DNA of 64,000 bases from Ignavibacteriota bacterium. GTDB lineage: Bacteria > Bacteroidota > Ignavibacteria > Palsa-1295. The position numbers and the translations under genes were made by a program. Below the pieces are notes generated by a model. It did no database searches. It was not told where the DNA came from and saw only the letters and a list, made by a program, of their open reading frames with translations. Below, piece after piece: positions 27,343-36,362 of the stretch. The stretch spans positions 128,001-192,000 of the forward strand of contig CAWBEI010000005.1 in NCBI GenBank assembly GCA_963787835.1. Direction: 5' to 3'. How positions within the stretch are numbered: position 1 is the first letter of the stretch; each line of letters begins with the position of its first letter.

Positions 27343-28971
27343 ATGCTACAGCTTCGTCAAAGTCAATCGCTTCAACAGCGGCTTACACCGCAGCAGGTTC
27401 AATACCTGAAGCTGCTGCAATTACCTATCCTTGCGCTGGAGCAAAGGATCAAATCGGAGTTAGAAGAGAATCCGATGCTCGAAGAGACTTCGGAGGACGA
27501 AGAGCGAGAGGATCAGGCGTCAGAGGATTCTTCTGAAGAAGCGGTGGAGTTGGATGGCGCTCCGGAACTCGAACGAATATCCGCAGAGGGGGAGGATTCC
27601 ATCGGAGTCACTGCACCGGATCTTGCAGCCGAACGTTTACTCCAGCAAACGCGCGAGAACGAAGAGCGCCTGCGCGAAGCACAAACCGAACCCTCGAACG
27701 AGTATTCGATCGAGGATTATATGAACGACGATACAGAAGGGTTCAAGGCCCCAACCTCGAACGTATCCGATGAAGACCGGGACGAGATGCCACGCGCGGC
27801 ATCGGAATCATTCCTGGAATCGCTGTATAATCAGGTCACGATGTTGAATTTGCCGGATCGGTACCGGGCGCTCGCGGAAGAGATCGTTGGCTCGATCGAT
27901 GCCGATGGCTATCTGCGTGTGCCCCTGGATCAGATCACCCGCGATACGGGGATCTCCTTCGGCGATGAATACACCACTGCGGAAGCGGAGGCCGTACTCC
28001 GTAAAATTCAGAAATTAGATCCCGTTGGCGTGGCTGCTCGAAATTTGCAGGAATGTCTTGCGGTGCAGCTCGAGGTCATGCCCAATCACAACCCCACCCG
28101 GGAAATCGCACGGCAGATCATTAGGGAACGGTTCGATGATTTCGTCAACAAGCGGTTCACCGCGCTTGCTCGGCATCTGAGCATGGAACCGCATGACATG
28201 AAGCCGGCGATCGATCTCATTCAGCACCTCAATCCCAAGCCCGGCGCTGCTGCCGGTGATACCGGGGAAAGCACGAATTACATTACGGCTGATTTTTACA
28301 TCGAAAAAACTTCTGACGGTAAGGAATTCAACATTACGCTGAATGAACGCGGCGTACCCTCCCTGCGGGTGAACTCCGCCTATAAGGATCTGATTCGGAA
28401 GCAAGCACCGGAACGCGGCAGAGCCAGCGCTAATGGAGGACAGCTCACTCCGGAAGCAAAGGATTTTATCAAGAAGAAGTTCGAGTCCGCGAAGTTCTTC
28501 ATCATGGCGATCTATCAGCGCCGCGAGACAATGATCCGCGTCATGCATGCCATCGTGGAACGCCAGCGATCATTTTTCGAGCACGGCGAGAAATATCTGA
28601 AACCGCTGATCTATAAAACTATTGCTGAGGATATTGGAATGGATATTTCTACCATTTGCCGCGTGGTGAACGGGAAATATTGCCAATGCGATTTCGGGGT
28701 ATTCGAGCTGAAGTATTTTTTTAGCGAGGCCATTCCGACGCATCTTGGTGAGGGCGGCGAGAACAGTGAGGGCGAAGCGGTTGCCAACAAAGTGGTAAAG
28801 TCACGTATCAAGGAGATCATCGATTCTGAATCCGGCGGCGTGCCTCTCTCGGATGAAAAGATCGTGACCATCCTCAATAGCGAAGGCTTCGATGTTGCCC
28901 GCCGAACGGTCGCTAAATACCGCGAACAGTTAAACATTCCTGTCGCGAGATTGAGGAAGAAGTTGATGTAA
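27343..28971 (+). CDS. rpoN: RNA polymerase sigma-54 factor
   Basis: Gln/Leu-rich region I, ELKYFF, ARRTVAKYR RpoN box. Confidence 0.98.
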   Translation: MLQLRQSQSLQQRLTPQQVQYLKLLQLPILALEQRIKSELEENPMLEETSEDEEREDQASEDSSEEAVELDGAPELERISAEGEDSIGVTAPDLAAERLLQQTRENEERLREAQTEPSNEYSIEDYMNDDTEGFKAPTSNVSDEDRDEMPRAASESFLESLYNQVTMLNLPDRYRALAEEIVGSIDADGYLRVPLDQITRDTGISFGDEYTTAEAEAVLRKIQKLDPVGVAARNLQECLAVQLEVMPNHNPTREIARQIIRERFDDFVNKRFTALARHLSMEPHDMKPAIDLIQHLNPKPGAAAGDTGESTNYITADFYIEKTSDGKEFNITLNERGVPSLRVNSAYKDLIRKQAPERGRASANGGQLTPEAKDFIKKKFESAKFFIMAIYQRRETMIRVMHAIVERQRSFFEHGEKYLKPLIYKTIAEDIGMDISTICRVVNGKYCQCDFGVFELKYFFSEAIPTHLGEGGENSEGEAVANKVVKSRIKEIIDSESGGVPLSDEKIVTILNSEGFDVARRTVAKYREQLNIPVARLRKKLM

Positions 28972-29066
28972 TTGTCGATGTCTGGCTTGGCTTGTGTGTA
29001 AGTTCAGATCGTTTTTGCTTGCATTCGCGCAACCCACTGACCCTTTCTGTGTTATCAATATACTGT

Positions 29067-30761
29067 ATGAGGGAATGGTATATCGTTTACATTGTCTGCG
29101 TGTGCTGTGTCGCGGAAACTGTGTTTGCGCAAGGTCAAAAACCTGACGTTCACCGCCTCTACCAAGACACTATCTATCATGCCGATTCCAGTCACATTAT
29201 AAATACTGTCCGAGCGGGCGGCTCTCTTGCATTTCAGTATAATAGTTCACTCGATGCTCCACTCCAGATCGGGCCGGTCAGCTATGGACTTGTTCCAGGA
29301 TATTATTATCAATTTGGCGAAAACGGCGATCTCGCAGATTTCAATCTCTATCCGGAAGTAAGTATCGGACTGGATGGGTTACTCGCAGAGCATTTTCGTT
29401 ACAGAATTCAATTGGCTTTTGATGAATATGGGTTCGGGTGGTCGGATGGGATACCGCTCAATAACGGTTCTGCTTTGCTGCGCTATTATAGCAATAGTAC
29501 TGAGGTATTAGCCCTCAAACTTTCCGCAGGGTATCAAATGGATCGGGTTTATTTCCTATTGGGCCTTGGATATGGTAATTATCTCTATGCCGCACATGGC
29601 ATTGGCCCATCTGCAGGACCAAGCACCCCTACAAATGAAGTCTCCTCTCCGATTTTCTCCTGGGGAATCACAGCAGGGGAAGATATTCCACTCACTGATC
29701 GCTGGCTTTATCTCTCACCAGAACTATTATTTTCTAAAAATAACCCGACCAATCATCCCTCTGATAACTTCATTCCAAAGACAATTTCTTTGGGTTTCCG
29801 ACTTAACTTAGAATGGGTGCTCTTCGAGCAATATCGTCAAACAACAGAGTTAGAGCATTTTATATATGCGGAGGGGAGTGTCAAGGATTGTAAAACGTCC
29901 CAGCCATTGGATGCACGAATCACAGCTTTTGAAGGCGAATCGAATGGAATAGTGGAAACACGTTCCACAGATACGAATGGCCATTATGTGTTCCGGCTAA
30001 AACAAGGACGGAATTATCGTTTTATAGTAGAAAGGGAAGGATATGATCCGGATTCGGTTTACTTACCTGGTAATTTAGATCAAGCTCATCAACTTCCCTC
30101 GATCTTCCTACGCAACAAAATTTCTGGATGTGGGAAAGAATCCTCCGTTCATGTTGAAGTAAATGTATCCATTTGTGGCTCAAGGCAATCCGTTCGATCG
30201 CGTGTTCGATTCATTGACCCGATCTCGAACACAACGGTGAGTCAGGCGCAGACTGACTCTGCAGGGAATTATCGCACGACTATTCCTCTCCATGGAACGT
30301 ATATTATTCAGTTTGAAGCACCGGGGTATTTCCCGAATGAAGATACTGTAGAGCTTACCAATTCAGGTCTTACTGATTCGGGAATCGTACTGAAACAACT
30401 GCTCGTATGTGATTCTCTAAACGTACAGAGTTATTTTGATTTCGACCGCTATGACCTCGCACCAGAGGCATTGTCACACATTGATCGAATTGCAAAATAT
30501 TTACAGAGCGATCGGAGTATAAAGGTTACGATCGAAGGGCATACCGACAACATCGGTACTCGAAACCATAACATGATGCTCTCTCAGAACAGGGCGAATA
30601 CACTGAAAAAATATCTATTAACACATGGTGTTGAAGAAGACCAAATCGCTTCTGTAACGGGGTTTGGCTCCGACCATCCCATCGCGGATAATCGGACGGA
30701 ATCAGGCCGTCAACAAAATAGGCGAGTGAATATCAAAGAGATTGATAGAAAGGATCAGTAA
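29067..30761 (+). CDS. OmpA-family protein with N-terminal barrel and carboxypeptidase-regulatory-like domains
   Basis: FDFD..L, IEGHTDNIG...N..LSQNRA, GFG..P, NRRV. Confidence 0.88.
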   Translation: MREWYIVYIVCVCCVAETVFAQGQKPDVHRLYQDTIYHADSSHIINTVRAGGSLAFQYNSSLDAPLQIGPVSYGLVPGYYYQFGENGDLADFNLYPEVSIGLDGLLAEHFRYRIQLAFDEYGFGWSDGIPLNNGSALLRYYSNSTEVLALKLSAGYQMDRVYFLLGLGYGNYLYAAHGIGPSAGPSTPTNEVSSPIFSWGITAGEDIPLTDRWLYLSPELLFSKNNPTNHPSDNFIPKTISLGFRLNLEWVLFEQYRQTTELEHFIYAEGSVKDCKTSQPLDARITAFEGESNGIVETRSTDTNGHYVFRLKQGRNYRFIVEREGYDPDSVYLPGNLDQAHQLPSIFLRNKISGCGKESSVHVEVNVSICGSRQSVRSRVRFIDPISNTTVSQAQTDSAGNYRTTIPLHGTYIIQFEAPGYFPNEDTVELTNSGLTDSGIVLKQLLVCDSLNVQSYFDFDRYDLAPEALSHIDRIAKYLQSDRSIKVTIEGHTDNIGTRNHNMMLSQNRANTLKKYLLTHGVEEDQIASVTGFGSDHPIADNRTESGRQQNRRVNIKEIDRKDQ

Positions 30762-30769
30762 AGTTACCC

Positions 30770-31138
30770 TCACCTCGATGTTAAATATTGGCGGGAATGC
30801 TTTGCCGACCACCACACAACAAGGTCGATCAGGCCTAGCAGGAAGAAAAGATCAACAAAGGAGAATAGGGCAAGGTGATGCCGATGCATGCTCTCGTTGA
30901 TGAGAAAGGTTGTGTAACCCATGAGCAGCATCGCGCCGCCGAGGCCGACCCATTTCCAGGATAATACAATGCCTGCAAGCATGACGAGCATAACAAGCAT
31001 CATTGCTTGCTCGCCGAATTTTAGTGTGAGTGGATTCGGGAACCCCTCGCCGATCGCAATGGCGAGCACCATGAGAAGAACAATGAGTCCCGCAATGCGG
31101 GCGATCCAGCGAAGCGTGGTAATGAGAATCGGAGGCAT
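30770..31138 (-). CDS. Small 4-TM membrane protein
   Basis: RWIARI...GEG.P...LSWKW..LGG hydrophobic pattern; GGA RBS-like upstream. Confidence 0.7.
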   Translation of the reverse strand: MPPILITTLRWIARIAGLIVLLMVLAIAIGEGFPNPLTLKFGEQAMMLVMLVMLAGIVLSWKWVGLGGAMLLMGYTTFLINESMHRHHLALFSFVDLFFLLGLIDLVVWWSAKHSRQYLTSR

Positions 31139-31325
31139 GGAGGAGTCCTTTCCGAATAATAAATGGGAGAACAATGAATAAACAGGATACTCGGGAGGAA
31201 AATTCAGCCCCACGAAAACAGTAAATACACCACGCTTCACTAAAGCTTGAGGTGTGCTGGTGGGTGCCGCTTGCAGCGCGCGGGCATTCGTGAACTATCG
31301 CTTCGCATCGGTGTTTAAATTAATC

Positions 31326-31532
31326 ATGGATTTTTTAGTAAAAATTGCGGATAGCCAAGCGCCCCATTTTCTGGAACTGATGAAGAATTTCAGACGGGTG
31401 AAGGTCGAACGTATTTCGCCGGAGAAGAAAAAGCTGATCCGAGAGATTCGTCAGGCCGTCGAAGAAGTGAACGCTGCAGAGCGTGGCGAAATTCAGTTAC
31501 GGCCCGCCAGAGAATTACTGCGTGAACTTTAA
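31326..31532 (+). CDS. Putative antitoxin
   Basis: C-terminal EIRQAVEEV...G...ARELLREL typical of Bacteroidota RelE/HigB partners; overlaps toxin. Confidence 0.75.
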   Translation: MDFLVKIADSQAPHFLELMKNFRRVKVERISPEKKKLIREIRQAVEEVNAAERGEIQLRPARELLREL

Positions 31533-31848
31533 AGTCACGACAACCCCAACCTTTGACCGACAGGCGAAGGCGTTAGTTCGAAAATACCGGTCCCTTGGCG
31601 ACGATCTCGCCGCTCTCATCTCACTATTAGAAAGCAATCCCGAGACAGGGGTATCGCTTGGGCATCATTGTTATAAAATTCGACTTGCGATCAAGTCCAA
31701 AGGGAAGGGCAAATCCGGTGGAGGACGAGTGGTGACTCAGGTCCGTATTATCAAACAATCGGTTCGATTGATAACCATTTTTGATAAGGCCGAAAAAGTT
31801 ACCGTGAGCGATGCCGAGCTTCAGGAATTGCTTGCAAACTTGGACTAA
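31522..31848 (+). CDS. RelE/HigB-family toxin
   Basis: PTFDRQAKAL.RKY.S...NP..G.SLG..CYKIRLAIKSKGKGKSGG.RV. Confidence 0.88.
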   Translation: MNFKVTTTPTFDRQAKALVRKYRSLGDDLAALISLLESNPETGVSLGHHCYKIRLAIKSKGKGKSGGGRVVTQVRIIKQSVRLITIFDKAEKVTVSDAELQELLANLD

Positions 31849-31881
31849 CCGTGCGGTGAAGAGAGAAAAAAGAGTTAAACT

Positions 31882-32121
31882 TTATTCCTCGCTGTGTTTT
31901 GCGGCGGTCGTGAGATCTTTTTCGATCTCCGTAATGTCTCCGGGTTCCAGTTTGGTGGTACCGAGCATGTGATCTTGCCAGGCGCCATAAACGATAGGCA
32001 TGACAGGCTGATCGACCTTTCCATCGTGAATGTGATGGAATCTGCGAATGGCCCAGCGAATAACGAAAAACCACACAACGGCAAAAACCGCCATCGCGAT
32101 AAGTGTTTGTGTTGAAAACAT
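31882..32121 (-). CDS. Small single-TM hypothetical protein
   Basis: 79-aa ORF with N-terminal TM helix filling the intergenic space. Confidence 0.5.
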   Translation of the reverse strand: MFSTQTLIAMAVFAVVWFFVIRWAIRRFHHIHDGKVDQPVMPIVYGAWQDHMLGTTKLEPGDITEIEKDLTTAAKHSEE

Positions 32122-32199
32122 ACCCCTATAATTACCCGGAATGTATCATAAGTGCCCTGCTTTTCAGGGAGCTAATAATAGGTCCCAGAAAGGTATAGA

Positions 32200-32694
32200 T
32201 TACCTGTAATTCGTAAACTGGATGGGGAAGTCGAGGCTTTGGGATTTGAGTGTTTGGATGGCGGTTTGGAGATCGTCCTTGCTCTTGCCAGTGATGCGGA
32301 CGGCATCGCCCTGGATCTGGGCCTGCACCTTCATTTTTAGGTCCTTTACCAGCTTTGTAATAACCTTCGCCTGTTCGGATTCTAATCCGGTTTTTATTTT
32401 GACGTCCTGCCTGAAGCTGGAATTGGCCGCCGGTTCGATTTTCTGATAATCGAGTGACTTCATGGACACGCCTCGCTTGATCATTTTCTGGTTCAGGGTC
32501 TCGGTCAGAGCACGGAGTTTCATGTCATCGGCGGTATGGAGCGTGATGGTTTTTTCCTTCAGATTCCAGTCGATCGTGGTATTGGAGCCTTTGAAATCGT
32601 ACCGCTGGTCGATCTCTTTACGGGTCTGATTAATGGCATTATCGACCTCCTGGAGATCGACCTCAGAAACAACATCGAAAGAAAATTGTGGCAT
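32200..32694 (-). CDS. yajQ: YajQ family nucleotide/c-di-GMP-binding protein
   Basis: SFDVVSEVDLQEVDNA, RYDFKG, KVQAQIQGD.VR..GK..DDLQ, QFTNYR. Confidence 0.95.
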   Translation of the reverse strand: MPQFSFDVVSEVDLQEVDNAINQTRKEIDQRYDFKGSNTTIDWNLKEKTITLHTADDMKLRALTETLNQKMIKRGVSMKSLDYQKIEPAANSSFRQDVKIKTGLESEQAKVITKLVKDLKMKVQAQIQGDAVRITGKSKDDLQTAIQTLKSQSLDFPIQFTNYR

Positions 32695-32755
32695 AAAAGA
32701 ACCTGAACCTGGATTACGCGGATTTTAGGATGATTACGCGGATGGATTTTTTAGT

Positions 32756-32881
32756 GTCATTGCGAGGAGAATCGAACGACCAAAGGGAGTTCGATTCGAC
32801 GAAGCAATCTCGGAGTTTGGAGAATGAGATTGCTTCGAAGAGCATTCCGCGCTTCGCTCCGAATGCCTATCTCGCAATGAC
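32756..32881. repeat. Large palindromic REP/RPE-like element
   Basis: GTCATTGCGAG...GAAGCAATCTC...GAGATTGCTTC...CTCGCAATGAC nested inverted repeats. Confidence 0.85.
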
Positions 32882-33113
32882 GTGACTTGAACATTAATAA
32901 TGTATCATGTTACTCCCGGGAACTGCCGATAAGAAGGGCCAGAAATCGATTTGCATGCGAAAATGTGTTACTTTTCGCGGGTTTCGGTGTCTTACTATAA
33001 AGGGGCGGTTTCTTGGATTGTTTAAGGAGGGGGAAGTCCTGGAAATCTGTTGAAACATATTTATCGGAAATTGCGAATACTATAGAGAACAAACTCCAGA
33101 AAGGAGAGATACC

Positions 33114-33642
33114 ATGAAACAGGACAAAGAAAACGATTACGGCGATACCTCGGGCAGCGGATCCCGGTTCGCTTAAAGAGCGGGCTCAGGAATTTCTCCA
33201 GCGTGCCTACCGGCTTCAGATGTCCGGACATTTAACTGAAGCGATCGATAGCTATAAGAAGTCGATCGAAGTACTTCCAACCGCAGAAGCACATACGTTT
33301 CTCGGCTGGGCCTACAGCTTCTTAGGCGATTATGATTCAGCGATCGAAGAGTGCCGGAATGCAATAGAACTGGATCCCGAATTTGGGAATCCCTATAATG
33401 ACATCGGAGCATATATGATCCAACAAGGCGAGCTGGATGAGGCGATCCCGTATCTTGAACTCGCCATGAAAGCAAAACGCTACGCGACACCGCATTTTCC
33501 TCACTACAATTACGGCCGCATTTTGGAACGCAGGGGATTATGGTTCGAGGCGCTCAATGAGTACAAAACCTCACTTGATCTTGAGCCAAATTATTCATTA
33601 GCCAAAGATGCCTTTTTCAGGCTACAGGCACTATTGAATTGA
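33114..33642 (+). CDS. TPR protein with apparent 5' frameshift
   Basis: TPR repeats (AEAHTFLGWAY, DPEFGNPYNDIG); SD-linked ATG 33114 is out of frame with the body, first in-frame ATG is 33220. Confidence 0.75.
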
Positions 33643-33671
33643 TGTAAGAATAAGAGAATGATGTGAAAATG

Positions 33672-33700
33672 AAAGAGCCTCGCGAATTTCGCGAGGCTCT
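33672..33700. terminator. Hairpin terminator between convergent TPR and bS22 genes
   Basis: AGAGCCTCGCGAA-T-TTCGCGAGGCTCT perfect inverted repeat. Confidence 0.7.
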
Positions 33701-33758
33701 GACATTTTTAAGAATATCGTGGAACTTCCGCTCCAAAAATGGAGCAGATCCGGATAGA

Positions 33759-33854
33759 CTAACGAACGCGCTTCTTATGACGATTCTTACGCAGACGTTT
33801 CTTCCGTTTGTGGGTGGCCATTTTATGGCGCTTACGCTTCTTTCCGCTTGGCAT
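33759..33854 (-). CDS. 31-aa basic ribosomal protein bS22-like (AURKAIP1/COX24/mS38 domain)
   Basis: Manual translation MPSGKKRKRHKMATHKRKKRLRKNRHKKRVR*; below the ORF-track cutoff. Confidence 0.9.
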   Translation of the reverse strand: MPSGKKRKRHKMATHKRKKRLRKNRHKKRVR

Positions 33855-33863
33855 GTAAAGAAA

Positions 33864-33891
33864 TTATGAAGTATGAATTATGAAGTATGAA
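33864..33891. repeat. Heptamer tandem repeat (TATGAAG/TATGAAT)
   Basis: Four units; reverse complement matches 21602-21625. Confidence 0.7.
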
Positions 33892-33940
33892 AATTGCGAG
33901 GCTCAAAACAGCATCCTGGCAAGAGAGTTTCACGAAATTA

Positions 33941-33978
33941 CTCCCCTCTCCCAGCAGGGAGAGGGTTTGGGGGTGAGG
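33941..33978. repeat. CTCCCCTCTCCC...GGGAGAGGG...GGGGGTGAGG palindromic repeat
   Basis: Hairpin plus GGGGGTGAGG tail; resembles a widespread REP-like class. Confidence 0.7.
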
Positions 33979-33983
33979 CAGTA

Positions 33984-34838
33984 CTAATTTTGCCGCATTT
34001 TGATACCAGTGTTGTCTATCGCCTGGAGCAGTGTATCAATGCGGCGGGCGATCTCTGGCCTGGTCTTTTCAGCAACAGCCTTCGCCCGTTCGAAATACCC
34101 TTTGGCACGAGCCAGTGCAACAGCATGATTGGAATCGGATACGGTTTGAGCCGTCATGATCCCCGCATTGATAAGGGCATTAAGATGGTCAGGGTGAAAC
34201 AGAAGGGCCGAATCTATCTCAGCAATGGCTGCATTGAGATCGCCATTATCCTGAGCTATGGCATAGGAATAATCAACACGGGCATCGGCATCGTCGGGTT
34301 TGGCGGCAAGGTAGGTCACGAACTCCTTTTTGCTATTGGTCCAATCTCCGGCATCGTAAAACGCATCAGCCAGCGAGAGATGGTTATCCATATTTGCCGG
34401 GTTTTGCACGATCAGCATCTGAAGAGAATCGATGATGTGTTGAAAGAATAATTTCTTTTGAAGAATGGTCGTGCTATCGACATCTGGGCCTCCGGCAGCA
34501 TATTTGTCGGGTTTCGAAGCAATCCGAAAGACGCCGTACGCGATCACAATTATGGCGAGGACCAATATGGCAATAGTCTGAAGTGGAACAGACTTTTTTT
34601 CCGGCGGCTCGTTCCTTAACCGATTGAGAAGGATATCTTCAGTGGATTTCCTGCGACTGGAGGTATCAGATAGTAGGTTGACACCTTCGGCAATCGAGCT
34701 CTCGGGAGTTTTTTCAGGTTCAAACTTGAATTCAGTCCCGCAAACGGGGCATTGAAAAATGGTACCTGGTGCTGCGGATTTGGCCAAACTTGCTGCACAA
34801 CTGGGGCAGTATATCGGAGTTGTTGGGGTTTCGTTCAA
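33984..34838 (-). CDS. Zn-ribbon + TM + TPR protein
   Basis: CPSC...CPVC, one TM helix, TPR-like helices; start at TTG 34838 uncertain. Confidence 0.7.
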   Translation of the reverse strand: MNETPTTPIYCPSCAASLAKSAAPGTIFQCPVCGTEFKFEPEKTPESSIAEGVNLLSDTSSRRKSTEDILLNRLRNEPPEKKSVPLQTIAILVLAIIVIAYGVFRIASKPDKYAAGGPDVDSTTILQKKLFFQHIIDSLQMLIVQNPANMDNHLSLADAFYDAGDWTNSKKEFVTYLAAKPDDADARVDYSYAIAQDNGDLNAAIAEIDSALLFHPDHLNALINAGIMTAQTVSDSNHAVALARAKGYFERAKAVAEKTRPEIARRIDTLLQAIDNTGIKMRQN

Positions 34839-34875
34839 CAGAGAAAATCTAAAAATGGTATGAGAAGAGGGAGTG

Positions 34876-35175
34876 TTATTCGCTCGCGTGCTTCTTCTGG
34901 CGCTCGTCGATGATCTGCCGCAGTTCACGAGATGCCTTGAACGTTGGAACAAAGTGTTCCCCTAATGGCACGGCTTCGCCCGTTCTCGGATTGCGTGCCA
35001 TGCGCGGCAGGCGCTTTTTAGTACGGAATGTACCAAAGCCGCGGATCTCGATATGATCTCCGTTGGCGAGCGCATCTGTCATCGTCTTGAAAAAGCCATC
35101 GACAAGGATCTCTGTTTCAAGTTTCGTGATTCCTGTGGCAGTTGCAATGCGGGTTACGATGTCGGCTTTAGTCAT
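34876..35175 (-). CDS. HU/IHF family DNA-binding protein
   Basis: MTKADIV, IEIRGFGTF, ARNPRTGE, PTFK. Confidence 0.95.
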   Translation of the reverse strand: MTKADIVTRIATATGITKLETEILVDGFFKTMTDALANGDHIEIRGFGTFRTKKRLPRMARNPRTGEAVPLGEHFVPTFKASRELRQIIDERQKKHASE

Positions 35176-36362
35176 AAACGACGTGAAAGATTATGGGGTG
35201 CTTGGGTGGCCTGTTGAACATCTTCGAGGAGCGAGAGCGTTCGCGTAATAGCGGCCTCCCAGGTGAATGCTTTCACACGCTCGGCGCCGCGTTGAACCAG
35301 TTCACGGGCAAGTTCAGGATTTGAAAGCAGTTTAAGAATAACTTCTGTCATGTTCGCCACATCGAGTGGGTCAAAATAGAGAGCAGCATTATCCGCAATT
35401 TCTGGAAAAGAATGCACGTTCGATACGGCAACCGGAATGCCGCTTGCCCATGATTCGAAGATCGGGTTTCCAAAGCTCTCATAGCTCGATGGGAATACGA
35501 ACATTCGGGCATTCGCGTATAAGTACCGTAACTCCGTTTGGAGTAATGATCCGGTGAAGACGACCAGATTCTCGGTTCCCAATGTTTTAGGAAGAGAATA
35601 GATCTCTTCAAGATATTTCTTATCTGTTCCGGTGCCTTTGCCGGCTATTACAAGCTTTAATTCTGGAAAACCTTGTTTAACAATTTCGGCATGCGCTCGG
35701 ATGAGTTGATCTTGGCGTTTATACCGCCAAAGGGCGGAAACATAGAGAAGATATTGTCCGGGAGTGAGATCGTATCTTTTTAGGATATCTTCTCCTTCGG
35801 CGGCCTTCCTATTACTATTACCCTCGAAAAGGGCAAGATCGACCCCATGGGGAATCACGGTGATCTTTTCTGATGCTATGCCAGTAAAACGTACAATATC
35901 GCGCTTTATGTCCTCGCTGGGTGCGATAATGGCTTTGGCTTTTTTCGCGGATGGCGGCAAGAGCAGAGAACGAACAATTCGACGAATACCCGAAACACCA
36001 TAATTCCCATACGCGTGAGCCATGGAGCGAATATTTACAACGGCGGGCACTTTTGAAAATAGCGATACAAAATTGCCGGGATAGTACATGACATCTATCG
36101 GCTGTTGGGAAATGTATTTTGGTAACATCCATTGTTCTCCAAGGACTTTTTGTAAAGGAGTTCGTTTAGAGTTTGGAATGGTTACAATACGCACAAGGTC
36201 GCTTTTTTCGATGTTGAGTCCATCTGCTTCCTCTTCGCTAATAAATAAGACAAAAGAATGAGCGGGTCGAAATTGTTCGATTCCCCGAAGAAAGTGGACG
36301 ATATAGTTTTTCCCTCCCGTATCCTCGGAAAGTCTGCCGATCGCTGCAATACCGATCTTCAT
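35172..36362 (-). CDS. Glycosyltransferase family 4
   Basis: VIPHGVD, FVFPSSYESFGNPIFESWASGIPV. Confidence 0.92.
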   Translation of the reverse strand: MKIGIAAIGRLSEDTGGKNYIVHFLRGIEQFRPAHSFVLFISEEEADGLNIEKSDLVRIVTIPNSKRTPLQKVLGEQWMLPKYISQQPIDVMYYPGNFVSLFSKVPAVVNIRSMAHAYGNYGVSGIRRIVRSLLLPPSAKKAKAIIAPSEDIKRDIVRFTGIASEKITVIPHGVDLALFEGNSNRKAAEGEDILKRYDLTPGQYLLYVSALWRYKRQDQLIRAHAEIVKQGFPELKLVIAGKGTGTDKKYLEEIYSLPKTLGTENLVVFTGSLLQTELRYLYANARMFVFPSSYESFGNPIFESWASGIPVAVSNVHSFPEIADNAALYFDPLDVANMTEVILKLLSNPELARELVQRGAERVKAFTWEAAITRTLSLLEDVQQATQAPHNLSRRL

